NCBI GenBank assembly: GCA_044450765.1
Contig: JBIOJK010000003.1
Coordinates: 19,856-83,855 of the forward strand
Length of the DNA stretch: 64,000 nucleotides
Direction of reading: 5' to 3'
Source of the DNA: Myxococcota bacterium
GTDB taxonomy: Bacteria; Myxococcota_A; UBA9160; SZUA-336
Shown: one piece after another, positions 22,359 through 35,396 of the stretch
How the letters are laid out: every line of letters begins with the position of its first letter
Numbering within the stretch: the first letter of the stretch is position 1
Notes under the pieces: generated by a model
What the model was told of the DNA's origin: nothing
What the model saw: the letters and a program-made list of their open reading frames with translations, nothing else
Database searches by the model: none
Translations under genes and position numbers: made by a program

Positions 22359-23462
22359 ATGAAGCTCAGCATCGAACGCGAAGAGCTGTTGCGCGGACTC
22401 GGCCGCGTGCAGGCGATCGTCGAGCGAAAAGGGACGATGCCGATCCTGGCGAACGTCCTGATCGAAGCGCGCGACGACGGTCTGACCCTGGCGGCGACGG
22501 ATCTCGAAGTCGCCGTCGTCGCGCGTCACCCCGCGAAGGTGAAGATCGCGGGCTCGGTCACGCTCGGCGCGAAGAAGCTGTACGAGATCGCGCGCGAGCT
22601 CGAGCACCCCGAGGTCTCGCTGGTCGCCGACGACGCGCGAGTCACTCTGACCTGCGGTCCGGCGAAGTTCAATCTCTTGTCGACGTCGCCGGAGGAGTAT
22701 CCGAGCGTTCCGAGCGCGGAGAGCACGACCTTCGCCCAGCTCGACACCGGCCTCGTCGCGGAGCTGATCGACCACACGCTGTACGCCACGTCGAGCGACG
22801 AGACCCGCTACAACCTGAACGGCGTCTTCATCGAGAGCGCCGACGGGAAGCGCGTGCGCTTCGTCGCCACCGACGGCTACCGGATCTCGCTCATCGAGCG
22901 CGCGGTGCCCAACCCGGTGGGCTTCCTGGCGAAGGGCATCATCGTGCCGCGCAAGGGCATCGCCGAGATCCGCAAGCTGTGCGACGAGGCGGACGGCTCG
23001 CTCGAGATCGGCGCCGCCGATGGATTTCTCCACGTGCGCCGGCCCGATCTGTTGCTCACCACGCGGCTGATCGACGGCGAGTTTCCCAACTACCGGCAGA
23101 TACTCCCCAAGAGCCACCGCGTTCGGCTGCTGGTGGAGCGCGAAAAGCTGCTGCACGCGGTGCGGCGCATCGCGCTCATGGCGCACGAGCGGTCGCGCGG
23201 GTTCCGCTTCGTGCTGGCCGACGGACAGCTCGACCTCTCGGCCAGCAACCCCGACCTGGGCGAGGCGCGCGAGCTGCTCCCGGTGGAGTATCAGGGCGAG
23301 CGCTTCGAGACCGCATTCAACGCGCGGTATCTGCTCGACGTGCTCGGTGCGATGACCGCGAAGGAAGTCGCCATCGAGCTCTCCGAGGAGCTCAGCCCGG
23401 CGCAAATCAGGCCTGCGGACGACGCCGATGAGAGCGCCGTCATCATGCCGATGCGGCTGTAG
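22359..23462 (+). CDS. dnaN: DNA polymerase III beta sliding clamp
   Basis: MKLSIEREELLRGLGRVQAIVERKGTMPILANVLIEA... has a three-domain clamp architecture. Confidence 0.95.
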   Translation: MKLSIEREELLRGLGRVQAIVERKGTMPILANVLIEARDDGLTLAATDLEVAVVARHPAKVKIAGSVTLGAKKLYEIARELEHPEVSLVADDARVTLTCGPAKFNLLSTSPEEYPSVPSAESTTFAQLDTGLVAELIDHTLYATSSDETRYNLNGVFIESADGKRVRFVATDGYRISLIERAVPNPVGFLAKGIIVPRKGIAEIRKLCDEADGSLEIGAADGFLHVRRPDLLLTTRLIDGEFPNYRQILPKSHRVRLLVEREKLLHAVRRIALMAHERSRGFRFVLADGQLDLSASNPDLGEARELLPVEYQGERFETAFNARYLLDVLGAMTAKEVAIELSEELSPAQIRPADDADESAVIMPMRL

Positions 23463-26084
<2,622 letters not shown>

Positions 26085-26094
26085 GTCACTGACC

Positions 26095-28578
26095 ATGTCG
26101 GAAACGCCCGAGACTCCCGAGCTCCCGCCGGTCAATCCGCCGACCCCGGTCGCGATCGAAGACGAGATGCGCCGCTCGTTCCTCGACTACTCGATGTCGG
26201 TCATCATCAGCCGCGCGCTGCCCGACGTGCGCGATGGGCTGAAGCCGTCGCAGCGCCGCATCCTGGTCACGTTCAACGACCTGAATCTCTCGAACGATCG
26301 CCCGTACCGGAAGTGCGCCAAGATCTCCGGCGACGTCTCGGGCAACTATCACCCGCACGGCGAAGCCGTCGTCTACCCGTCGCTGGTGCGCCTCGCCCAG
26401 CCGTTCTCGATGCGCTACCCGCTCGTCGACGGCCAGGGCAACTTCGGCTCGATCGACGGCGATCCGCCCGCAGCGATGCGCTACACCGAAGCGCGACTCA
26501 CTCGGATCGCGACCGAGATGCTCGCGGATCTCGAGCGCGAGACCGTCGACTACGTCCCGAACTACGACAACACGCGCAGCGAGCCGATCGTGTTGCCGAC
26601 CCGCATTCCGAATCTGGTCGTGAACGGCTCGTCGGGAATCGCGGTCGGCATGGCCACGAACATCCCGCCGCACAACATCGGCGAGACCGTCGACGCGCTC
26701 GTCATGCTGGCGCAGAACCCGCGCGCCTCGCTCGACGAGCTGATGGAGAAGCTGCCCGGCCCGGACTTCCCCACGGGCGCGCTGATCTGCGGCGCCGGCC
26801 CGATCCGCGAGGCGTACCGCACCGGCCGCGGCCTGCTCACCGTGCGGGCGCGCGCTGCCGTCGAGGAAGCCCGCGGCGGCAAGCAGCGCATCGTCGTCGA
26901 CGAGATCCCGTACATGGTCAACAAGGCGTCGATGATCGAGAAGATCGCCGAGCTGGTGCGCGACGGGCGCATCGACGGGATCTCCGACGTGCGCGACGAG
27001 TCCGACCGCCGCGGCATGCGCGTCGTGGTCGAGCTGAAGAAGGACGCCGACGACCAGGTCGTGCTGAACCAGCTGTTCAAGCTCACCCCGATGCAGACCA
27101 CGTTCGGCGTGAACATGGTCGCGCTGGTGCGCAACCGGCCGCAGACACTCGGCCTGATTCCGCTGCTGCAGCACTTCCTCGACTTCCGCCGCGAGGTCGT
27201 GCGCCGGCGCGCGGCGTTCGACCTGCGCCAGGCCGAGGCGCGCGCACACATCTTGGAAGGCTTCGCGATCGCGCTCGACAACCTGGACGCCGTGATCGCG
27301 CTGATCCGCGCCAGTCAGAGCCCGGCCGAGGCGCGGGCCGGACTCGAGTCACGGTTCGGACTGAGCGAGCGCCAGGCGCAGGCGATCCTCGAGCTGCGCC
27401 TGCAGCGACTGACTGCCATGGAGCGCCAGAAGATCCTCGACGAGCTCGCCGAGGTGCGCGCGCTGATCGAGGAGCTGAAGGCGCTGCTCGCGAGCGACCC
27501 GCTCGTCACCGCCAAGATCATCGAGGAGCTCAGCGAGATCCGCGCGAAGTACGCGGACGAGCGCCGCACCGAGCTGGCCGCGCCGGTCGAGGACTTCACG
27601 ACCGAGGATCTGATCGCGGAAGAGGACATGGTCGTGACGATCACCCACCGCGGCTACGCGAAGCGCCACGTCCCGCGCCTGTACCGGGCTCAGAAGCGCG
27701 GCGGAAAGGGCAAGGTCGCCGCATCCACGGCCGACGAGGACTTCGTCGAGCAAGTCATCGTCGCCTCGACTCACGCCTATCTGCTCTGTTTCACGAATCT
27801 CGGCCGCGTCTACTGGCTGAAGGTCTTCGAGCTGCCCGAGCTCTCGCGCGCCGCCAAGGGAAAGGCGCTGGTGAACCTGCTGCGCCTGGGCGAAGGCGAG
27901 CGCATCCAGGCGATCCTGCCGGTGCGCAACTTCGACGAAGGCGGCTTCGTCGTGCTGGCGACGCGCCAGGGCACGATCAAGAAGACGGAGCTCGCGGCGT
28001 TCTCGAACCCGCGCCCGAGCGGCATCATCGCGCTCAACATCTCCGAGGGCGACGAGCTGATCGCCGCCGCGCGCACCACCGGCGCAGAAGAAATTCTATT
28101 GGCGACTCAGGACGGCAAGTCGATCCGCTTCAAGGAAGAGCAAGTCCGCCCGATGGGCCGCAGCGCCACCGGCGTGCGCGGCATCTCCACGCGCGAGGGC
28201 GACGCCACCGTCGGCATGGAAGTCCTGAAGCCCGGCAAGACGATCCTCACGGTGAGTGAGAACGGCTTCGGCAAGCGGACGCCGCTCGAGGACTACCGCG
28301 AGCAGAACCGCGGCGGGCAGGGAATCATCACGATCAAGACGAGCGAGCGGAACGGCCAGGTCGTCGGGATCCTGCAAGTGAGTGACGGCGACGAGATCAT
28401 GCTGATCACGAACGGCGGGAAGATGATTCGCACGCGCGTCGCCGAGATTCCCACGATGAGCCGCAACACGCAGGGCGTGCGCCTGATGGAGCCGTCCGAC
28501 GGCGAACGCGTCGTCTCGGTCGCGAAGCTCGCCGAAGAGCCCGACGACGAGATTGACTCGGGAGCGGAAGGCCCGTGA
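26095..28578 (+). CDS. gyrA: DNA gyrase subunit A
   Basis: It has the active-site region [10 protein letters not shown], the QRDR region and C-terminal beta-pinwheel repeats. Confidence 0.95.
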   Translation: MSETPETPELPPVNPPTPVAIEDEMRRSFLDYSMSVIISRALPDVRDGLKPSQRRILVTFNDLNLSNDRPYRKCAKISGDVSGNYHPHGEAVVYPSLVRLAQPFSMRYPLVDGQGNFGSIDGDPPAAMRYTEARLTRIATEMLADLERETVDYVPNYDNTRSEPIVLPTRIPNLVVNGSSGIAVGMATNIPPHNIGETVDALVMLAQNPRASLDELMEKLPGPDFPTGALICGAGPIREAYRTGRGLLTVRARAAVEEARGGKQRIVVDEIPYMVNKASMIEKIAELVRDGRIDGISDVRDESDRRGMRVVVELKKDADDQVVLNQLFKLTPMQTTFGVNMVALVRNRPQTLGLIPLLQHFLDFRREVVRRRAAFDLRQAEARAHILEGFAIALDNLDAVIALIRASQSPAEARAGLESRFGLSERQAQAILELRLQRLTAMERQKILDELAEVRALIEELKALLASDPLVTAKIIEELSEIRAKYADERRTELAAPVEDFTTEDLIAEEDMVVTITHRGYAKRHVPRLYRAQKRGGKGKVAASTADEDFVEQVIVASTHAYLLCFTNLGRVYWLKVFELPELSRAAKGKALVNLLRLGEGERIQAILPVRNFDEGGFVVLATRQGTIKKTELAAFSNPRPSGIIALNISEGDELIAAARTTGAEEILLATQDGKSIRFKEEQVRPMGRSATGVRGISTREGDATVGMEVLKPGKTILTVSENGFGKRTPLEDYREQNRGGQGIITIKTSERNGQVVGILQVSDGDEIMLITNGGKMIRTRVAEIPTMSRNTQGVRLMEPSDGERVVSVAKLAEEPDDEIDSGAEGP

Positions 28579-29858
28579 AGACGGGGCGCTCGAAGCGCCT
28601 CATGAAGCGCGGCCGCGAGGTGATTCCCGGCGGCGTGAACAGTCCGGTGCGCGCGTTCGGGTACGTCGGCGGTCACGCGCGTTTCATCCGCTCGGCGTCG
28701 GGCGCGCGCATCGAGGACGAGGACGGCAACCGCTACGTCGACTGGGTCGCCTCCTGGGGCGCGATCCTCGTGGGTCACGCGCACCCGATCGTGCTCGAGG
28801 CGGTGCGCGCCGCGGCCGCGCGCGGCACCAGCTTCGGAGCGCCGACCGAAGCCGAGATCGCGCTCGCGGAACGCGTGGTCGAGCTCGTGCCGGGCGTCGA
28901 GATGTTGCGGCTCGTGTCGTCGGGGACCGAGGCCACGATGAGCGCGATCCGCCTCGGGCGCGGCGCCACCGGACGCGATCGGATCGTGAAGTTCGAGGGC
29001 TGCTACCACGGTCACCCCGACCACATGCTGGCGGCCGCCGGCTCCGGCGTTGCGACGCTCGGCATCCCGGGCACCGACGGCGTGCCGCGCGCCGCCGTCG
29101 CGGACACGATCGTGCTGCCGTTCAACGACCTCGCTCGCGTCGAGGCGCTGTTCGCCGAGCGGGGAGGCGAGATCGCCGGCGTGATCGTCGAGCCGGTCGC
29201 CGCGAACATGGGCTTGGTGCTGCCCGCCGAGGGCTTCCTGCGCGGCCTGCGCGCGCTCTGCGACCGACACGGATCTGTGTTGATCTTCGACGAGGTCATC
29301 ACCGGCTTTCGCGTCGCGCTCGGCGGCGCGCAAGCGCGCTACGGAGTGATTCCCGATCTGTCGACCTTCGGCAAAGTGATTGGCGGGGGGCTGCCCGTCG
29401 GCGCGTACGGCGGTCGGCGCGCACTGCTCGAGCGCATGGCGCCCGAGGGGCCCGTCTACCAGGCCGGCACGCTCTCCGGAAATCCGCTCGCCACCGCGGC
29501 CGGTCTGGCGGTGCTCGAGCTCGCGAGCCGACCCGGCACTTACGACGCGCTCGAGCTCACCGCGACGCGGGTCGCGCAGGGGCTCGAGCGGCTGGCGCGC
29601 GAGTCCGGCGTTCCCTTCAGCGCGAGCGCCGTCGGCGGGCTGTTCGGCTTCTTCTTTCACCCCGGGCCGGTGACGAGCTACGCGGACGCGCAGAAGGCCG
29701 ACGCCGCGCGCTTCCGGACCTTCTTCCACGCGATGCTCGAGCAGGGCATCTACCTGGCGCCCTCGCCCTTCGAGGCCGGCTTCGTGACTGCCGCGCACGG
29801 CGACGCGGAGATCGACGAGACTCTCGAAGCGGCGCGCCGCGCGTTCCGGAAGATCTGA
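28575..29858 (+). CDS. hemL: glutamate-1-semialdehyde 2,1-aminomutase
   Basis: The class-III aminotransferase fold with the [10 protein letters not shown] lysine region is typical of HemL. Its start overlaps the gyrA stop. Confidence 0.9.
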   Translation: MKTGRSKRLMKRGREVIPGGVNSPVRAFGYVGGHARFIRSASGARIEDEDGNRYVDWVASWGAILVGHAHPIVLEAVRAAAARGTSFGAPTEAEIALAERVVELVPGVEMLRLVSSGTEATMSAIRLGRGATGRDRIVKFEGCYHGHPDHMLAAAGSGVATLGIPGTDGVPRAAVADTIVLPFNDLARVEALFAERGGEIAGVIVEPVAANMGLVLPAEGFLRGLRALCDRHGSVLIFDEVITGFRVALGGAQARYGVIPDLSTFGKVIGGGLPVGAYGGRRALLERMAPEGPVYQAGTLSGNPLATAAGLAVLELASRPGTYDALELTATRVAQGLERLARESGVPFSASAVGGLFGFFFHPGPVTSYADAQKADAARFRTFFHAMLEQGIYLAPSPFEAGFVTAAHGDAEIDETLEAARRAFRKI

Positions 29859-29905
29859 CCCGCGTGGAGCCCGAGCGCCGCCCGCCGCGCCTCAGTCCGA
29901 TCAAG

Positions 29906-30094
29906 ATGGGCCGCGGCGCCGAGACCGCCTGGGAGGCGGCGCTCTCGGTCGTGGTCGGCGTGGTGCTCGGAATCTTCGTGGACAAGTGGACGGGACTCTC
30001 GCCGATCTTCACGTTCGTGTTTCTGCTGCTCGGCGTGGTGAACGCATTCCGCCGCTTGATCGCGCTGGCGAAGTCGAACGCGCCTCCACCGTGA
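29906..30094 (+). CDS. AtpZ/AtpI-family small membrane protein (putative F0F1-ATPase accessory subunit)
   Basis: MGRGAETAWEAALSVVVGVVLGIFVDKWTGLSPIFTFVFLLLGVVNAFRRLIAL is a 62-aa two-TM protein immediately upstream of the atpI-like gene and atpB. Confidence 0.5.
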   Translation: MGRGAETAWEAALSVVVGVVLGIFVDKWTGLSPIFTFVFLLLGVVNAFRRLIALAKSNAPPP

Positions 30095-30450
30095 GTCCTC
30101 TCCGCAGCGCTTCGTTGCAGGTCAAGCACGCGCTGCTTCTCGCGCTTGCAATCGCGGGGGCGATTCCGTATGGATGCCACGCCGTTTTGAGCCTGGCTCT
30201 GGCGGGAGGGATCCAGGTCGTGAATCTCGCGGTCTTAGAGGGCAGCGTGCGCCTCGTGATCGGCGGACGGGCCGCGCGTCCGGCCGCACAGCTCGTGCTG
30301 TTCCTGCGACTGCTCTTGCTCGGCGCCGCGGTCTTCGCGGCGCTCGGCTACGCGGGCGCGGCGCCGGCGCCGTTCGTGATCGGGCTGCTCGCCGTAGTGC
30401 CGGCCGCGCTCTGGCACGGCGCGAGCCGCGCGGTCGAATCGAGTCAGTGA
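30091..30450 (+). CDS. atpI: ATP synthase protein I-like membrane protein
   Basis: A hydrophobic protein of about 119 aa (LLLALAIAGAIPYGCHAVLSLALAGGIQVVNLAV...). Its GTG start overlaps the upstream stop and its own stop overlaps the atpB ATG (TGATG). Confidence 0.55.
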   Translation: MSPLRSASLQVKHALLLALAIAGAIPYGCHAVLSLALAGGIQVVNLAVLEGSVRLVIGGRAARPAAQLVLFLRLLLLGAAVFAALGYAGAAPAPFVIGLLAVVPAALWHGASRAVESSQ

Positions 30451-31145
30451 TGCACCACGCCCCGACCATCTACGGCGCGCTCGAGGCCTCCGTCCCGGTG
30501 ATCGTGCAGACGGTGGTTGCCGCCGTGTTGATCACGCTGCTGGTCGCGTGGCGGGTCGGCGCGAGCATCGGTCCCGACGCCCTCGTGCCCGACGCGCGGT
30601 TCTCGCTGCGCAACGTCGTGGAGGTGCTGTTCGAGGGCATCTGCTCGCTCGCGCACGACGCGATCGGCCACGACTGGAAGAAATACATGCCGCTGCTCGG
30701 GACGCTCGGCCTGTTCATCCTGATCGCGAATCTGATGGGCACCGTGCCGGGCCTGGGCGGGCCGACGTCGTACGTCGAGACGAATCTCTCCTGGGCGATC
30801 CTCTCGGTCGTGACTTCCGAAGTCGCCGCGATGCGCGTGAACGGGATCGCAGGCTGGGCCAAACACATGGCTCCGGGACCCTGGTGGCTCGCGCCGCTGA
30901 TGTTCCCCGTCGAGCTGTTCAGTCACTTGGTCCGCTTCGTGTCGCTCACGATCCGGCTCACGGCCAACATGTTCGCCGACCACACGCTGGTGGCGATCTT
31001 CGTCGGCGGCTTCGGCGCCACGGTTGCGATCCTGTTTCCGTGGATCGTGCTCGCACTCAGCGTCTTCGTCTGCTTCGTGCAGGCGTTCATATTCACGTTC
31101 CTCACGATGCTCTACATAGGTTTGGGCACCGAGGAATCTCACTGA
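30450..31145 (+). CDS. atpB: Fo ATP synthase subunit a
   Basis: It carries the conserved arginine helix LVRFVSLTIRLTANMFADH. Confidence 0.9.
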   Translation: MHHAPTIYGALEASVPVIVQTVVAAVLITLLVAWRVGASIGPDALVPDARFSLRNVVEVLFEGICSLAHDAIGHDWKKYMPLLGTLGLFILIANLMGTVPGLGGPTSYVETNLSWAILSVVTSEVAAMRVNGIAGWAKHMAPGPWWLAPLMFPVELFSHLVRFVSLTIRLTANMFADHTLVAIFVGGFGATVAILFPWIVLALSVFVCFVQAFIFTFLTMLYIGLGTEESH

Positions 31146-31156
31146 AAGGAAGTGGA

Positions 31157-31462
31157 ATGCGCGCGCTTTACTTCGCTCTGGCTCTCGTCGCTCTGTGTCT
31201 CGCCCCGGACCTCGCGTTCGCGGCGGAGGAGGGCGCCGCGGGCGGGAGCATGGCGATCGGCGCCGGCCTCGCGATCGGACTCGCGGTGCTCGGCGCGGGC
31301 ATCGGCCAGGGACTCACTGCGGGCAACGCTGCGGCGGGTGTCGCGCGGAATCCCGGTGCCGCGGGCGCGATCCAGACGCTGATGATCATCGGCCTCGCGC
31401 TGATCGAGTCGATCGCGCTGCTCGCGTTCGTGATCGCGTTCCTGATCCAGGGCAAATTCTAG
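31157..31462 (+). CDS. atpE: Fo ATP synthase subunit c
   Basis: It has GAGLAIGLAVLGAGIGQG and the ion-binding helix LMIIGLALIESIALLAFVIAF. An AAAGGAAG RBS is present. Confidence 0.9.
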   Translation: MRALYFALALVALCLAPDLAFAAEEGAAGGSMAIGAGLAIGLAVLGAGIGQGLTAGNAAAGVARNPGAAGAIQTLMIIGLALIESIALLAFVIAFLIQGKF

Positions 31463-31486
31463 AACCGATCGCCCGGTTCACCTCGA

Positions 31487-31530
31487 AGCGCTCGCGCGTT
31501 CACAGAGACGCGCGGGCGCTCTCGTTTTTC
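31487..31530 (+). terminator. rho-independent terminator after atpE
   Basis: agcgctcgcgcg-ttcacagaga-cgcgcgggcgct forms a perfect 12-bp GC stem and is followed by ctcgtttttcg. Confidence 0.55.
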
Positions 31531-31710
31531 GCGCACTTCGCCGCGGCACGGCCGTTGCTGAAGCAGACGGCCGGGTGGAACGGGATGCCCTTTCACGGGA
31601 CCAGGGATCCCCGGAAGCCCATGCCGGATGGGGATACGGGGAATGGCGTGCGATCAACGGGGTGAGGCGTGCGCCTTCCCCATCCGGCTTCCAGGAGAGA
31701 GACTCCCGCG

Positions 31711-32322
31711 GTGGGCGCTGTGAGCAGACGCGGCCGGTTCATCGTCTTCGAGGGCATCGACGGCTCGGGGAAGTCCGAGCAGGTGCGCCGCCTGGCCACC
31801 TGGCTTCGCGCGGAGCGACACGCTGTGGTGTCAACGCGCGAGCCCACCGACGGCGAGTGGGGCCGGACCTACCGCGCGTGGGGGCGGGGCGAGTTCGAGG
31901 CCGCGCCAGACGAGGTGCTCGGCTGGTTTCTCGCAGACCGGCGCGAGCACGTGGCGGGGGTGATTCGCCCGGCGCTCGAGCGCGGCGAGGTCGTCGTCTG
32001 CGATCGCTACCGCGACTCGACGCGCGCCTACCAGGCGGCGCAGGGGATCGACCGCGTGCGATTGCGCGAGCTGTTCGCGGCCGCGGAGTTTCCCGAGCCC
32101 GATCTCGTGCTCTGGCTGCGCGTGCCGGTCGCGACCGCGCTCGCGCGCATGGGGAAGGCGGCGGAGGAGCGCTTCGAGCGCGCCGATTTCCTGTTCCGCG
32201 TCGACGCCGAGTACGAGCGCTTGGGACTCACTCCGCTCGATGCGAGCGGCGATCCCGACGCCGTCGAGCGGGCGGTCCGCGCGCGCGTGGAGCGCGTGCT
32301 CGGGGACGCCGTCGTTCCTTGA
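31711..32322 (+). CDS. tmk: thymidylate kinase
   Basis: It has the P-loop FIVFEGIDGSGKS, and DRY in CDRYRDS. A GTG start follows an AGGAGAG RBS. Confidence 0.85.
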   Translation: MGAVSRRGRFIVFEGIDGSGKSEQVRRLATWLRAERHAVVSTREPTDGEWGRTYRAWGRGEFEAAPDEVLGWFLADRREHVAGVIRPALERGEVVVCDRYRDSTRAYQAAQGIDRVRLRELFAAAEFPEPDLVLWLRVPVATALARMGKAAEERFERADFLFRVDAEYERLGLTPLDASGDPDAVERAVRARVERVLGDAVVP

Positions 32323-32353
32323 CCGGGCGCCCGCGTCGCGGGACTCTGCGCGC

Positions 32354-32974
32354 GTGGATCCGGTCGCATTCGTGGTCGCGGGCAGCGCAGTCACCTGGAC
32401 GGAGCTCGTCGGTGACGCCACCGGGCTGGCGTGCGTCTATCTCGTGGCGCGGGCCAACATCTGGAACTGGCCGCTCGGGATCGCGAATACGCTGCTCTTC
32501 TTCGCCGTGTTCGCACGCGCGCGGCTGTACGGCGACGCGCTGCTCCAGGTCGTCTTCGCAGCGCTGAACGGGTACGGCTGGTGGCTCTGGACCCGGCCCG
32601 GCGAGCGCGGCGGAGGGCTGCCCGTGCGGCGCGCCGCGCCGGTCGAGCTCGCCGGCTACGCGGCCGTGTCTCTCGCGGGCACCGCGCTCGCCGCGCTGAT
32701 CCTCGCGCGCAAGACCGACTCACCCGTTCCGCTGTGGGACGCGAGCGTGCTCGTGCTGAGTCTGGTGGCCACGTACGCGCAGGCCGAGAAGGTCGTCGAA
32801 TCGTGGGGGCTGTGGATCGCCGTGGACGTGATCTCGGTGCCGCTCTACGTCGCGCGCGCGCTCTACCCGACGGCCCTTCTGTACGCGCTGTTTCTGCTGC
32901 TCTGCGTCCTCGGTCTGCGCGAGTGGATGCGGCTCCTGCGCGAGCAGCGCGCGCTCGCGGGGCCGGCGCCGTGA
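32354..32974 (+). CDS. pnuC: nicotinamide riboside transporter PnuC
   Basis: A multi-TM protein with WNWPLGIANTLLFF and GYGWWLW motifs typical of PnuC. Confidence 0.75.
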   Translation: MDPVAFVVAGSAVTWTELVGDATGLACVYLVARANIWNWPLGIANTLLFFAVFARARLYGDALLQVVFAALNGYGWWLWTRPGERGGGLPVRRAAPVELAGYAAVSLAGTALAALILARKTDSPVPLWDASVLVLSLVATYAQAEKVVESWGLWIAVDVISVPLYVARALYPTALLYALFLLLCVLGLREWMRLLREQRALAGPAP

Positions 32975-33936
32975 AGGCGAAGCACGGCCTGGTGCGCGGC
33001 CGCTTCCATCCGCCGCACGCGGGCCATCACTTGTTGGTGCGCACGGCGGCGCGCGCGTGCGAGCGCGTCACCGTGCAGGTCGTCGCGGCGCCGGGCGAGC
33101 GGATTCCGCTGGAGCGACGCGCAGCCTGGCTGCGCGAAGTTCACACCCCCGAGCCAAACGTCGAAGTCACTTGCCTCGCGGAGGTCGCCGCCGTCGACGC
33201 CCTCTTCAGCGAGGACACGATCGGGCCTGGCCTGCTGCCGGTGTCGAGTGCGCAGGTTCGCAGTGACCCGATCGCCTTCTGGGAGTATCTCGCGCCGCCG
33301 GTGCGGGCCGACCTCGCGAAGCGGGTCGTGATCATCGGCGCCGAGTCGACGGGCAAGACCACGCTCGCGCGCGAGCTGCGCGACCGACTCGCCGCGCGCG
33401 GCGGCGCGTTCGCCGAGACGCGCTGGGTCTCCGAGCTCGGCCGCGACTACACGCTCGAGAAGCTCGCGCTCGCGCGCGCCGAGGCTGGCTCGGGCGCCCT
33501 CCGACCCGGCATGGACGACCTGACCTGGACGACCGGCGACTTCGTCGCGATCGCGCGCGGACAGAACGCACTCGAAGCGAGCGAGGCGCGGGCCGGCGGG
33601 CCCGTTCTCGTCTGCGACACGGATACCTTCGCGACCGCCGTCTGGCACGAGCGCTACCTGGATCGGCGCGCCGCGGAAGTCGAGTCGCTCGCCATCGCGC
33701 GCCCCTCGCTCTATCTCGTGACTCACCCCGACGACGTCCCGTTCGCCGCGGACGAGATCCGCGACGGCGAGCATCTGCGCGCGTGGATGACCGAGCGATT
33801 CGTCGAGCGACTGCGCGCGAGCCCGCACCGCTTCGAGCTGCTGCGAGGCTCGCGGGCCGAGCGGGTCGCGCACGCGTGCGCCGCAGTCGACCGCTGGCTG
33901 ACCGGCGCGTTCGCGGGTGATTTCGGCCTTGGCTAG
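32971..33936 (+). CDS. nadR: NadR-type bifunctional NMN adenylyltransferase / ribosylnicotinamide kinase
   Basis: The N-terminal nucleotidyltransferase motif GRFHPPHAGHHLL (H-x-G-H) and the C-terminal P-loop IIGAESTGKTTLAREL are both present. Its GTG start overlaps the pnuC stop. Confidence 0.8.
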   Translation: MKAKHGLVRGRFHPPHAGHHLLVRTAARACERVTVQVVAAPGERIPLERRAAWLREVHTPEPNVEVTCLAEVAAVDALFSEDTIGPGLLPVSSAQVRSDPIAFWEYLAPPVRADLAKRVVIIGAESTGKTTLARELRDRLAARGGAFAETRWVSELGRDYTLEKLALARAEAGSGALRPGMDDLTWTTGDFVAIARGQNALEASEARAGGPVLVCDTDTFATAVWHERYLDRRAAEVESLAIARPSLYLVTHPDDVPFAADEIRDGEHLRAWMTERFVERLRASPHRFELLRGSRAERVAHACAAVDRWLTGAFAGDFGLG

Positions 33937-33937
33937 C

Positions 33938-34627
33938 GTGCTCGGAGTCGATGGCTGCAACGGCGGCTGGATCGCGGCCTCGCGCGAGCGCGGAGTGATT
34001 CGCTGCCGCCGCGTCGCGCGGCTCGAGGAGCTGTTTCTCGGCGGCGCGGCGCCCGACGTCGTCGCCGTCGACATTCCGATCGGACTGCCGGAGCGCGGCG
34101 CGCGGGCCTGTGACGTCGCGGCGCGCGCGCTGCTGGGCCGAGCGCGAGCCTCGAGCGTCTTTCCCGCTCCGCTGCGCGCGCTGCTCGAGGTCGACTCCTA
34201 CGAGGAAGCGTCGCGGCTGCGCGAGCGCCTCGAGCGCAAGCGCATCTCGAAGCAGACCTGGATGATCGTGCCGAAGATCGCCGAGGTCGATCGCTTGCTG
34301 CGCCGCAGCGCGGAGGCGCGCGCGGCGGTCCGCGAGGTCCACCCCGAGGTCTGCTTCTACTACCTGAACGGCGAGCGGTCGTTGGCGGCGCCCAAGCGGA
34401 AGCCCGCCGGGCACGACGAGAGACTCGCGCTGCTCCGCGGCTGGTGCGGCGACGCCGCGGACCGCGCGCTCGCGGACCGCCGGCGACTCACTTGCCAGGC
34501 CGACGACGTGCTCGACGCCTTCGCCGCGCTCTGGAGCGCGGAGCGGATCGCCGCGGGAATCGCCGTGGTTCACCCCGCGAACCCCGAGCTCGACCGGCAG
34601 GGACTGCCGATGTCGATCAGCGCCTAG
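33938..34627 (+). CDS. DUF429-family protein (predicted RNase H-like fold)
   Basis: VLGVDGCNGGWIAA...VVAVDIPIGLPE is the hallmark of DUF429. Confidence 0.7.
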   Translation: MLGVDGCNGGWIAASRERGVIRCRRVARLEELFLGGAAPDVVAVDIPIGLPERGARACDVAARALLGRARASSVFPAPLRALLEVDSYEEASRLRERLERKRISKQTWMIVPKIAEVDRLLRRSAEARAAVREVHPEVCFYYLNGERSLAAPKRKPAGHDERLALLRGWCGDAADRALADRRRLTCQADDVLDAFAALWSAERIAAGIAVVHPANPELDRQGLPMSISA

Positions 34628-35387
34628 CGCGGAAGGGCTCTGCCAGCATCGCGCCGAGCGAGCGGGGGTCGCCGGTCGCGCCGTCGGGCAGGCCGAGCGC
34701 GAAGTGATCGGCCGACGCGCTCGCGTGCGCGCTGCGGCCGAGTCGGTCCCAGAAGCTGAAGATCGTCCCGTAGTTCGAGTCGTGTTCGCTGCGCAACACC
34801 GAGTGGTGTCGGCGGTGCAGCGCCGGGGTGATCAGCGCGAGACCGACGGCGCGCTCCAGCCGCGCCGGCAGATCGAGGCTGCCGTGCTCGAGCGCGTTGG
34901 CAGCGCCAAACAGGGCCTCGAAGAGCACGACGCCGGCGATCGGCGCGCCCAGCAGCGCGATCGCAGTCAGTCGCACCGGGACCGACAGCAGGATCTCGCC
35001 CGCGTGAAAGCGCAGCGCCGTCGACACGTGAACCGCCGGGTCGGCATGGTGCACGCGGTGGAAGCGCCAGAGAACCGGAAGCGAGTGGTTCGCGCGGTGC
35101 CAGAGATACGAGACGAAGTCGAGCCCGAACACCGTCGCGGCCAGCGCGAGCGCGAAGGGCGCGCCGGCGGCGTGAAGGAGGCCGAACGCGTGTGCCTCCG
35201 CCCAGGCCGCCACTTGCCACTCCGCTCCGCGGAACGCGAGCGCGCGCAGAGTCAGCGCCACGAGCCACACGCCGAGGTTCACGGTCCAGGTCGGGCGGAG
35301 CGGCTCGTGCGGCGAGATTCGCTCGCACGCGAATCCCAGCGCGAGCGCCGCAGCCACCGAGGCCGAGACGGCGACGTCGGGCGACAC
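34617..35387 (-). CDS. fatty acid hydroxylase / sterol desaturase superfamily integral membrane protein
   Basis: It has three histidine boxes (HRANH, HRVHH, HRRHH) in a multi-TM protein. Confidence 0.75.
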   Translation of the reverse strand: MSPDVAVSASVAAALALGFACERISPHEPLRPTWTVNLGVWLVALTLRALAFRGAEWQVAAWAEAHAFGLLHAAGAPFALALAATVFGLDFVSYLWHRANHSLPVLWRFHRVHHADPAVHVSTALRFHAGEILLSVPVRLTAIALLGAPIAGVVLFEALFGAANALEHGSLDLPARLERAVGLALITPALHRRHHSVLRSEHDSNYGTIFSFWDRLGRSAHASASADHFALGLPDGATGDPRSLGAMLAEPFRARR

Positions 35388-35396
35388 CCGCGCGGT

